Positions 9,188 through 18,002 of a stretch of 64,000 nt of DNA are shown here, piece by piece; the first letter of the stretch is position 1; every line of letters begins with the position of its first letter. Under the pieces are notes generated by a model that was given only the letters and a program-made list of their open reading frames with translations, made no database searches and was not told the DNA's origin. Origin of the DNA: Vampirovibrionales bacterium (lineage in GTDB: Bacteria; Cyanobacteriota; Vampirovibrionia; Vampirovibrionales; Vampirovibrionaceae); the NCBI GenBank assembly GCA_039794365.1, contig JBDIVN010000006.1:71390-135389 (forward strand), given 5' to 3'. Both the position numbers and the translations under genes were made by a program.

Positions 9188-10476
9188 TTATTTGTCCGGC
9201 GCGGCCTTGACCAGCACCATGACCTCGGACGCCCACTGGATGGCCTCGGCATAAACGCCGGGGATCGCTTCCGGGTCCAGATCCAGTTCGGCGCAGAGGG
9301 CTTCCACCCGATCCCAGTCCAGTCCTTCGTAGGCCTTGACCAGTTCATAGATGGGCGCATGGGTGGACGGCTGCCCCAGCAGGGGGTTCTTGATCTCGCC
9401 GGGCAGGGGAATATCCGCCAGCACATCGCCCATGGGTTTGTCCAGAATGGCATCCACCCGCGAGAACATCCCCATCAGGAACATCTCGTCAAAGGACAGG
9501 TTGCTCAGGTTGGATTGGGCCGCCAGATCCTCGCACAGCTTGGCCCGCATGGCGGCGTTGACCAGCAGCTCAGTGGGCTTGTCGCTGCCCAGTTCGGCCA
9601 GGGCGATGAGGTTAACCCATTTTTTGAGCTGCATCTGCCCTAAAAAGACCACGGCCTGCTGGATGGACTCAATCTGCTTCGTCAGGCCGAAGGCGGCGGA
9701 GTTGATATAGCGCAGCAGCTTGTAGGTAAGCGACACGTCGCGCTTGATCACATCGCTGACCTTGTTGAAATCCACGTCCGCCTGGTTGATGGTGCGCAGC
9801 AGCTCCAGCTTTACCAGCTTGGATTCGGGCATGCGGCGACCTTCCACAATTTCGGGCTTCGAGAAGAAGTAGCCCTGGAAGTAGACGAACCCCTCCTCCA
9901 CGGCCTGCCGGAACTCTTCATGGGTTTCGATTTTTTCCGCCAGCAGCTTGATATTACGGGCCTTGGCCTTTTCCACCACGGCCAGCCGCTCCTCGTCGGA
10001 ACTGAGGCGGTAGTCCACCTTGATGATATCGGCATAATCCAGCAGACCGGCGTTCTCGTCATCGAGGACGAAATCGTCGAGGGCACGATGTAACCCGCCT
10101 CTTTCAGGCGCCGACAGGCGGCCATGCACTCGTCCTTCGCCTTGACCTGCTCCAGCACCTCAATCACCGCATATTCCTTGGGCAGATGCATGGCGAAATC
10201 GTCGAGCAGCAGCTGCTCGGAGAAGTTGATAAACGCCTTTTTCCCGCTGACCAGGCCCTGCATGGTATCGAGAACCAGGTCCATGATGATATTGGACGTG
10301 GCCACGTCACCGTCCACATCCTTGGGAAAGGCATTGTCCAGCCCTTTTCGAAACAGCAGCTCGTAGGCATACACGTCCCTGTTCTGGGTAAAAATGGGTT
10401 GCCGGGCAACGAACGTCCGCATGTAAACGGGTTCATCCACGCCGTTACCAACGCTATTCTCAGCATTCACGACCAC
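9188..10476 (-). pseudogene. EAL-like c-di-GMP phosphodiesterase–HDOD domain protein, interrupted by a 1-bp frameshift
   Basis: The two overlapping ORFs 9811..10476 (EAL N-terminal half, …QPIF…YELLFR…) and 9188..10129 (ALDDF… EAL C-terminal half plus HDOD) join if one G is restored near 10082-10086. Confidence 0.7.
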
Positions 10477-10671
10477 AGCCAGTCTTCCTTATTTTTTCGG
10501 GGGACACACAATCTCACGCAATTATGAGATGCATCGACCAAACCGGGCCAAAGCTTTAGCCGGTTTCCGGGAGTTCTTTCGTACTATTTTTCCTCCAGGA
10601 GCCTGTATATCCGGGTTTTCGGGCATCCCCCCAAAAAGTCGGCGCCGCGACGTTGTAATAATTCTTCGCAA

Positions 10672-11646
10672 TCAGGGACGCGGTTGGCCTTGAAAGAACG
10701 TCCAGACTGCCTGTGTCCCATCCAGTTCCTGGCTGACCCGTCCCACAATCCAGGCGGGGAGATAGGGTTGACCCTGCGGCCAGGTATGGCCGCCGCCTTC
10801 GATGACGTACAGCACCACAACGCTACCGTCGCTCCCCGGATAGATGGTTTTCGTAACGCGGGTGCCGTCGCCGGGGTTCATTTCCGGCAGAACGGTCCGG
10901 CGAACCGGATGGAGATCCCGGTTGAAGCCAAGCTGTCCGGCCCAATAGAGGGCACTTTCCGAAGCGGAAAGAACGGCGCCCCGATCCTGCCGCCCCACCC
11001 TGACCTGCCCGCCCGCAAAGGGAACCAGGGGATCGTCCGTACCGCTGATCATCAGCATGGACACCGGTGATGACGGCTGGCAACGGCGCGTCAATCTTTC
11101 CGGGATGGCCGAGGCCACCAGGGCCACGGCGGCAATTTTTCCGGAGAGTTCACAGGCCAGACGGGCGGACATCATCCCGCCGTTGGAAATGCCGCCTGCG
11201 TATATCCGCCGCGGATCAATCGGGTAGGCCCCCTCCATCTTACGGATGAGAGCATCGATAAAGCCCACGTCATCGATGTTTTCCACATGGGCCGGAATGG
11301 ACGCCACGCCGCGTCCGTCATTCCACTGGCGTTTGTATGCCTGTGGATAGACCAGAATCGCCCCGTCACGATCCGCCAGGGGTTTCAGACGGTTTTTCAC
11401 CAGCGCATCGAAACGGTCCGCCCTGCCCCCGCCGCCATGGAGCATCAGCACCAGCGCGGGACGGGCATCCTTGACCCGTGCAGACGCCGGAACATAGACC
11501 CAGTATTCGCGGGGCATGCCCTGGTAAGTCAGTTTCTCCTTGCGCCAGATCGCCTTTTCCGCCGCCTCCGCCGGTATCATCGCCAGCAGGGGCAGGAGCA
11601 CGAGCATACCGCACAAGAATTTCATCATGCCGATTCCTGTCATCAT
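10672..11646 (-). CDS. secreted alpha/beta-hydrolase esterase (PHB-depolymerase/LpqC-like family)
   Basis: Signal peptide, GGISNGG nucleophile elbow and the LHGGGG oxyanion motif. Confidence 0.7.
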   Translation of the reverse strand: MMTGIGMMKFLCGMLVLLPLLAMIPAEAAEKAIWRKEKLTYQGMPREYWVYVPASARVKDARPALVLMLHGGGGRADRFDALVKNRLKPLADRDGAILVYPQAYKRQWNDGRGVASIPAHVENIDDVGFIDALIRKMEGAYPIDPRRIYAGGISNGGMMSARLACELSGKIAAVALVASAIPERLTRRCQPSSPVSMLMISGTDDPLVPFAGGQVRVGRQDRGAVLSASESALYWAGQLGFNRDLHPVRRTVLPEMNPGDGTRVTKTIYPGSDGSVVVLYVIEGGGHTWPQGQPYLPAWIVGRVSQELDGTQAVWTFFQGQPRP

Positions 11647-11783
11647 GGCTTTTATTATCCCGGATAGATCAATATTTTTAAAAGATGCGATTAGTCTACA
11701 AACGGATGGTGTATAATTTGTATGAATTCAGGTTATTTGTTGTATAAATTTCGGATAGTCGGATCGAGTCGGGGCCTGCCGGG

Positions 11784-11999
11784 ATGAAAATCAAAATTAA
11801 GGAAGTCGCCAAGGACAAGAAGGACTGGAGCCTGTACAAGCTGGCCAAGGAGTTGTCCTTGCCTCAACAGACGGTGTATTCGTGGGCCAGCGGTCGTACC
11901 CAGCCCAGCTACGAGAACATGGACCGCCTCTGCGACATCCTCGACTGCGCCGTCGGCGACCTCTTCGAAGCCGAACCGGTCCAGCGCAAGCTGTTTTAG
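11784..11999 (+). CDS. XRE-family helix-turn-helix transcriptional regulator
   Basis: 71-aa Cro/C1-type HTH (…LAKELSLPQQTVYSWASGRTQPS…). The upstream intergenic region is AT-rich with TGTATAAT. Confidence 0.7.
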   Translation: MKIKIKEVAKDKKDWSLYKLAKELSLPQQTVYSWASGRTQPSYENMDRLCDILDCAVGDLFEAEPVQRKLF

Positions 12000-12013
12000 G
12001 AGAGCAGCAGAGC

Positions 12014-12496
12014 ATGACCGAACTCATCTTCCAGCGTTCCAAGGAATTTCTCCCATACCCCTTGGAGATCCTGGTGGATGGGGAGGAAAGGGGACTGGTA
12101 AAGAATGGAAAAACCTTCCGGCTGACCCTGCAACCCGGGAACTATAATCTTCAACTTCGACAACGCGTCAACCTGTACAGTGAAGCATGGGAATTTCTGT
12201 TTCTGGGAAAACGGATCAGCCCCCCGCTGCCGGTCACAGTGAACGACAGAGAGGTCCAGCATTACCAATGCTGCGTGGCCGAAAAACCTTGGTTGGCTGG
12301 CCTTGTTGAAGCCGGGCCATTGATTCTCCCCTTGGGTTGGCTTCTTCTCTCTATGTTTATTTTCAACTTCCGTCTCCCTGTAGAGGGAGCTTTTTATCTG
12401 ATACTGGGCGCTTTTGCAGTTACGCGGTACAGCACTCGGTTTTCGTTTATCCGCCCCACCGTCACACCCATTCCTGAAGATCTGCTACGGCAGTGA
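12014..12496 (+). CDS. hypothetical membrane protein
   Basis: ATG at 12014 lies 15 bp after the XRE gene stop; two C-terminal hydrophobic segments; no recognisable family. Confidence 0.4.
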   Translation: MTELIFQRSKEFLPYPLEILVDGEERGLVKNGKTFRLTLQPGNYNLQLRQRVNLYSEAWEFLFLGKRISPPLPVTVNDREVQHYQCCVAEKPWLAGLVEAGPLILPLGWLLLSMFIFNFRLPVEGAFYLILGAFAVTRYSTRFSFIRPTVTPIPEDLLRQ

Positions 12497-12520
12497 ATCC
12501 TTCAACCACCAACTGCCAGA

Positions 12521-13846
12521 TTACGACATGGCTTGAACCGACTCGCCCATGCAGATTTCGTCGATGAGGAGCGGGGGGTCGACGGGGGTGTCGGAGAAGG
12601 TGATGGCCTCGTGCAGCAGATCCAGGGCATCCGCCTCGCCTTTGGGGCCGACATGGAGTTCTGCCAGCGTCTCGCCCGCCTCCACACAGTCGCCGACTTT
12701 TTTGTGCAGCACCACGCCCACGCCCAGATCAATGGGGTCCCCTTTTTTCGCCCGGCCTGCGCCCACAGCCTTCGCCGCCTGGGCGATTTTAAGGGAGTCA
12801 ATCCCGGCAATATAACCGGAGCGCGAGGCCGGAAACAGCCGGATTCGGGCGGGCTGGGGCAACTGGTTAAAGTCGGCGAGGGCTTCTATATCCCCACCCT
12901 GGGCGGCCACCAACTCCTGGAATCTGGAAAACGCCGATCCGTCCTCGATCCGGGCCATCAGCTCGGCCTCGGCATGCGTCGGATTCGGCGCCTTTCCGGC
13001 GCTGACCAGCGTAATGGCCCCCAACTGGACGCAAAGTGCCAGCAGGTCCTTCGGCCCTTCGCCCTTGAGGGTGTTCACCGTTTCCACAATTTCCACGGTA
13101 TGGCCGATGGCATAACCCAGAGGCTGGTTCATGGAGGAGATGACGGTGGAGATGGAGCGCCCAAGACGGCGACCCACCTCCCGGCAGGTCCGGGCCAGCT
13201 CGCGGGCCTCGTCCAGGGTTTTCATGAAGGCCCCCCGGCCAAACTTGATGTCCAGCACGATGACCTTTGCGCCGGAGGCCACCTTCTTGGAGACGACAGA
13301 AGCGGCAATCAGGGGAATGTTATCCACCGTGGCGGTCACGTCACGCAGGGCATACATTTTGCCGTCGGCGGGGGCCAGATCTGCCGTCTGGCTGGAGATG
13401 GCCAGCCCGATTTGATTGACCTGCCGGATAATCTCGTCGTTGCTCAGGGTCACACGGAAACCGGGGATGGCCTCCAGCTTGTCAATGGTCCCACCGGTAA
13501 AGCCCAGCCCCCGGCCTGAGAGCTTGGCCACCTTGACCCCGCAGGCCGCCAGCATGGGAGCCAGCACCAGGGTGGTCTTGTCGCCCACGCCGCCGGTGCT
13601 GTGCTTGTCCACCACGACGCCATCCACTTTGGAGAAGTCCAGCACCTCGCCGGATTCCACGAAATACTTCGTCAGCCAGGTGGTTTCATCCAGATTGAGG
13701 CCGTTGATGCAGGCCGCCATCAGCCAGGCGGAGATTTGATAATCTGCGGCCTGGCCGCTGACCATGCTTTCCACCAGGAACCGGATCTCTTCCTCGCCAT
13801 GCGTTTCGCCCCGGCGTTTTTTATCTATAATCTGGATGACGTTCAT
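12521..13846 (-). CDS. pdp: pyrimidine-nucleoside (thymidine) phosphorylase
   Basis: Glycosyltransferase family 3 motifs (…DKHSTGGVGDKT…) with the C-terminal PYNP domain. Confidence 0.88.
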   Translation of the reverse strand: MNVIQIIDKKRRGETHGEEEIRFLVESMVSGQAADYQISAWLMAACINGLNLDETTWLTKYFVESGEVLDFSKVDGVVVDKHSTGGVGDKTTLVLAPMLAACGVKVAKLSGRGLGFTGGTIDKLEAIPGFRVTLSNDEIIRQVNQIGLAISSQTADLAPADGKMYALRDVTATVDNIPLIAASVVSKKVASGAKVIVLDIKFGRGAFMKTLDEARELARTCREVGRRLGRSISTVISSMNQPLGYAIGHTVEIVETVNTLKGEGPKDLLALCVQLGAITLVSAGKAPNPTHAEAELMARIEDGSAFSRFQELVAAQGGDIEALADFNQLPQPARIRLFPASRSGYIAGIDSLKIAQAAKAVGAGRAKKGDPIDLGVGVVLHKKVGDCVEAGETLAELHVGPKGEADALDLLHEAITFSDTPVDPPLLIDEICMGESVQAMS

Positions 13847-13933
13847 CGATTCAACAACCTCCCGAACCCGGCAATGGCCCATTTATAGCAGTATCGCCGG
13901 GGATATGCAAACAATAGGCAGAGAGGGCGCACC

Positions 13934-14800
13934 GTGATTTCCGATCCCAACCAGTTGATGCAGGACCTGGCGGAGAGCATCCGCATCATCCAGTCGCGCT
14001 ACGACAAACCGATCAGCGCCGGGCTGATCCTTGGCTCCGGTTTGGGCGCCTTTGCCGACAGCCTGGAAAACGCCGTCCGCATCCCCTATGATGAGATTCC
14101 CCACTTTGCCCGCTCCAGCGTGGAGGGGCATTCCGGCACGCTGGTACTGGCGGAATTCGAGCCGGGTTTCTCCGTGGCCTGCATGCAGGGGCGTTTTCAT
14201 TATTATGAAGGCCACGACATGGGCACCGTCGTCTACCCGGTGCGGGTGATGCAGCAGCTGGGGGCGGAAATCCTTATCGTCACCAACGCCGCAGGCGGCA
14301 TCAACGCCGATTTCAGGGCCGGGGATCTCATGCTGATTACGGATCACCTGAACCTGATCGGGAATAATCCCCTGATCGGCAAGAACTGCGACGACCTCGG
14401 TCCGCGTTTTCCGGATATGTCCGAGGCATACAGCGCGACATTGCGGATCATTGCCCAGGAAAAGGCGAAAGAACTGGGCATCGACCTGAAGCAGGGCGTG
14501 TACGCCGCAGGCAGCGGCCCCACCTACGAGACACCGGCGGAGGTCCGGATGCTCCGGACGCTGGGCGCGGACGCAGTGGGCATGTCCACGGTGCCGGAGG
14601 TCATTGCCGCCAATCATATGGGAATGGAAGTGCTGGGGATCTCCTGCATCACCAACCTGGCCTCGGGCATCTCCCCCCACAGGCTCTCCCACCAGGAAGT
14701 GATGGAAACGGGCCAGCGGGTCCGGCAGCATTTCATCGCCCTGCTCGAAGGGGTGCTTCGTCGCCTGGCCCTTGCGCCATCGACAAGCCCCTTGCGATAA
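13934..14800 (+). CDS. purine nucleoside phosphorylase (PNP-I/MTAP family)
   Basis: …LILGSGLG…, …GMSTVPEV… motifs. Confidence 0.85.
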   Translation: MISDPNQLMQDLAESIRIIQSRYDKPISAGLILGSGLGAFADSLENAVRIPYDEIPHFARSSVEGHSGTLVLAEFEPGFSVACMQGRFHYYEGHDMGTVVYPVRVMQQLGAEILIVTNAAGGINADFRAGDLMLITDHLNLIGNNPLIGKNCDDLGPRFPDMSEAYSATLRIIAQEKAKELGIDLKQGVYAAGSGPTYETPAEVRMLRTLGADAVGMSTVPEVIAANHMGMEVLGISCITNLASGISPHRLSHQEVMETGQRVRQHFIALLEGVLRRLALAPSTSPLR

Positions 14801-14815
14801 AGTACCATCAAGGAC

Positions 14816-17236
14816 ATGGAAAAATTTCTCGATACTTTGCCCTTCGAGCTGGACGAATTCCAGCTGGAGGCCATCGGCACCATTTCAGACGGCCATAGCG
14901 TGGTGGTCTGCGCCCCAACGGGCAGCGGCAAGACCATCGTGGCCGAATACGCCGTCTTCAAGGCGCTGGAAACCGGCAAAAAAGCCTTTTACACCACGCC
15001 GCTCAAGGCGCTCAGCAACCAGAAATTCCATGATTTCCGAAAGGCCTACGGCGAAGAGAACGTGGGCCTGCTGACCGGGGACATCTCCGTCAACCGCGAA
15101 GCGCCGATTATCGTGATGACCACGGAAATTTTCCGCAACATGCTTTACGGCCACGTCGAAGACAGCTCGCTGCTGGCCGACGTGGGCTACGTGGTGCTGG
15201 ACGAGTGCCATTACATGAACGACGCCGAGCGGGGCACTGTCTGGGAAGAGAGCATCATCTACTGCCCGGAGACCATCCAGATCGTGGCACTCAGCGCCAC
15301 CATCGCCAACGCCCAGGAGCTGACCGACTGGATCAACGAGGTGCACCACGACACCCGGCTCATCCAGAGCGATTACCGCCCCGTTCCCCTGCGGTTCTTC
15401 TATTTCACCCGCAAGGACCTGCTCCCCCTGTTCGAAGGGCCGGGCCAGATGAATCGCAAGCTGAAGTTCGACATCAAGGGCAACCGCTTCGCCAAGAAAA
15501 ACCGGGAATTCAACCCCAACCCGCTGATACTGGACATGCACCGGCGCGACATGCTGCCCGCCATCTTCTTCACCTTCAGCCGGATGGGCTGCGACAAGGC
15601 CATGAAAAACACCCGCGACCTGCAGCTGCTCACCCCGCAGGAACGCCAGACCCTGAAACAGAAGATCGCCGAGTTCGCCGCCCAGCACCCGTTTTTGCAG
15701 AACAACCCCAACCTGCATTCGCTGGAAAACGGGGTGGCCAGCCACCATGCCGGATTGCTTCCGGGGCTGAAAGTATTGGTCGAGCAGCTCTTCCAGCAGG
15801 GACTGATCAAAGTGGTCTTCGCCACGGAGACCCTGGCTGCGGGGATCAACATGCCCGCAAGATCCACCGTCATTACGGCCCTCTCCAAGCGAACGGACGA
15901 CGGCCACCGACTGCTGACGGCGAGCGAGTTCCTTCAGATGTCCGGGCGGGCAGGACGTCGGGGCATGGACGAGGTCGGCTACGTGGTGGTGGTCAGTTCG
16001 CCGTGGGAGGGGGCGTCGGAGGCGGCGAGACTGGCCAGCAGCGAGGCGGACCCCCTCAACAGCCAGTTCACGCCGACCTACGGCATGGTCCTCAACCTTT
16101 TGCAGCGCTATACGTTGGAAGAAGCACATTTCCTCATCAGCCGCAGCTTCGGCCAGTTCACGTGGGAACGGCGGATGGAACCGATGGAGGCGGAGATCGC
16201 CGAGACCGAGGCCCGCTACAACCGCTACATGAACATTTTAGAGTCGGCGGGGCTGACGGAAAAAGAGTTCGGCAACCTGCTCAAAACCCGCGCCATGCTC
16301 AACGAGACCCATCGGTTCGTCCGGGCGCTCAAACGCCAGATCAAGCAGTACGGCAAGCAGAAGGACATTATGGTCCAGCTTTCGCAGGAGGAAGCCAAGC
16401 GCGACAACCTGGAAAAGAGTCTGAAAAAGGGGTCGGTCGATATCTACCAGCTCCTGAGCAAGCACAAGCACCTGGACGTGAAGATCAGCCGGGCGCGGAA
16501 ACAGTTGAAACATCTTAAATACCGGTTTGAGAACGAAAAAGACATCTACTGGCGGCGCTTCACCAGCATCTACAACCTGCTGAAAGAGGCCGCCTACCTC
16601 AACGAAAACGACCGGCCCACGGAGCAGGGGGTGCTCACCTCGCGCATCCGGGCGGAAAACGAGTTTGCCGTCACCGAGATCATCAACAAGGGCATTTTGA
16701 ACGACCTGTCCCCTCCGGCCCTGGCCGCCGTCATCTGCGCCCTCACCAACGACAGCAACCGGGAGAACCTGTACTCGAATCTCGATCACTCGCCCCAGGC
16801 CCAGCAGGCCATGTTCGACATCCTGAAAGAGCTTAAGCGCATCACGAAGTTGCAGGAACGCCACGGCGTGGATGTGCCCCTTCTGCTCAACCCGGTGGCC
16901 AGCGGCCTGGTGGAGGCCTGGGCCGAAGGGTTGCCCTGGGAACGGCTGATGGGAGCCACCAACATTTCCGAGGGCGACCTCGTACGCATCACCCGGCGAA
17001 CGGCGGATCTCCTGCGGCAGTTGAGCCGCATCGAGGGGCTTCCCCAAACACTGTCGAGAAACGCCCGCGCCGCCGCAAAGCTGATCATCCGCGATCCCGT
17101 GAAAGAGGTGGACATGCCCGCCGCCACGCCGGAAGAGATGGACGAGGCCGCCATCGACGAGGCCATCGCCACCGAAGAGGACTTCGAGGTCCCCGAACAG
17201 TTCCAGGTGCCGGAAATCTCCGTGGAAGACCGCTAG
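14816..17236 (+). CDS. Ski2/HelY-like DEVH-box superfamily-2 RNA helicase
   Basis: Walker A APTGSGKT, DECH box, SAT, and motif VI QMSGRAGRRG; the long C-terminal region is DSHCT-like. Confidence 0.85.
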   Translation: MEKFLDTLPFELDEFQLEAIGTISDGHSVVVCAPTGSGKTIVAEYAVFKALETGKKAFYTTPLKALSNQKFHDFRKAYGEENVGLLTGDISVNREAPIIVMTTEIFRNMLYGHVEDSSLLADVGYVVLDECHYMNDAERGTVWEESIIYCPETIQIVALSATIANAQELTDWINEVHHDTRLIQSDYRPVPLRFFYFTRKDLLPLFEGPGQMNRKLKFDIKGNRFAKKNREFNPNPLILDMHRRDMLPAIFFTFSRMGCDKAMKNTRDLQLLTPQERQTLKQKIAEFAAQHPFLQNNPNLHSLENGVASHHAGLLPGLKVLVEQLFQQGLIKVVFATETLAAGINMPARSTVITALSKRTDDGHRLLTASEFLQMSGRAGRRGMDEVGYVVVVSSPWEGASEAARLASSEADPLNSQFTPTYGMVLNLLQRYTLEEAHFLISRSFGQFTWERRMEPMEAEIAETEARYNRYMNILESAGLTEKEFGNLLKTRAMLNETHRFVRALKRQIKQYGKQKDIMVQLSQEEAKRDNLEKSLKKGSVDIYQLLSKHKHLDVKISRARKQLKHLKYRFENEKDIYWRRFTSIYNLLKEAAYLNENDRPTEQGVLTSRIRAENEFAVTEIINKGILNDLSPPALAAVICALTNDSNRENLYSNLDHSPQAQQAMFDILKELKRITKLQERHGVDVPLLLNPVASGLVEAWAEGLPWERLMGATNISEGDLVRITRRTADLLRQLSRIEGLPQTLSRNARAAAKLIIRDPVKEVDMPAATPEEMDEAAIDEAIATEEDFEVPEQFQVPEISVEDR

Positions 17237-17239
17237 GAT

Positions 17240-17974
17240 TTAAAGCGGCTTCTTCACCGGCATGCCGGCGGCGCGGGGATATTTTTCGGGGGTGGGTTCG
17301 ATCTTGGAGAACACCAGCAAGACGGTGCCGGAGAGTTTGGGATGGTCAAAACGCACCGTGTCCGCCAGTTCGGCCCGCAGCATGTGAAGCGCCTTGCCGG
17401 ACTCGGCCAGTTCGTCCTGATAGGTTGCCGACCCCTTGGGCGCGAGAAAGATACCGTCCGGGTCCAGCAGGGGAATGCAGTACTCCAGCAGAATCCGCAG
17501 TCTCGCCACGGCGCGGGCGGTCACCACGTCGAATTTCTCCCGATACTCCAGCTTGCGGCCCAGCTCGTCGCTGCGGCCCTTCACCACCCGCAGGCGTTTC
17601 TCCAGGCCCAGCACCTCGCGGATCTCCTCGATAAAGGCGCACTTCTTGCCCACGGCCTCGATGGCGGTCACGGTAATATCGGGCCGCGCCATTGCCAGGG
17701 GCAGGGCAGGGAAGCCGGGGCCGCTGCCCACGTCCGCCACCTTGGCCCCTTCCGGAATAAAGGGCGCCAGAACCAGGGAATCCAGCAGGTGCCGGTAGAG
17801 GAAGTCTTCAGGCGCGGTGATGCGGGTGAGGTTCACCTTCTCGTTATAGGCGAGCATGCGGGTATAGAGCGTTTCAAAGTCTTTCAGCAGAGCGTCGTTT
17901 CCGGCGATCCCCGGAATGCCCAGCGATTCGCAGGCGTCCTGCCACGCCTGCCAGTGTGGTGATAGGCCCGTCAT
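17240..17974 (-). CDS. rsmG: 16S rRNA (guanine527-N7)-methyltransferase
   Basis: GidB-family SAM motifs (…DVGSGPGFP…); ATG at 17974. Confidence 0.85.
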   Translation of the reverse strand: MTGLSPHWQAWQDACESLGIPGIAGNDALLKDFETLYTRMLAYNEKVNLTRITAPEDFLYRHLLDSLVLAPFIPEGAKVADVGSGPGFPALPLAMARPDITVTAIEAVGKKCAFIEEIREVLGLEKRLRVVKGRSDELGRKLEYREKFDVVTARAVARLRILLEYCIPLLDPDGIFLAPKGSATYQDELAESGKALHMLRAELADTVRFDHPKLSGTVLLVFSKIEPTPEKYPRAAGMPVKKPL

Positions 17975-18002
17975 GATGCAAACAAGTGTACAATAAAAGA
18001 GG

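Noticed and set aside
14885-16129. 414-aa minus-strand ORF, plus the many Arg/Pro-rich ORFs across 15.2-17.2 kb
   Set aside because: They lie inside or antisense to the helicase gene. Their low-complexity R/P/G composition is typical of off-frame GC-rich translation.
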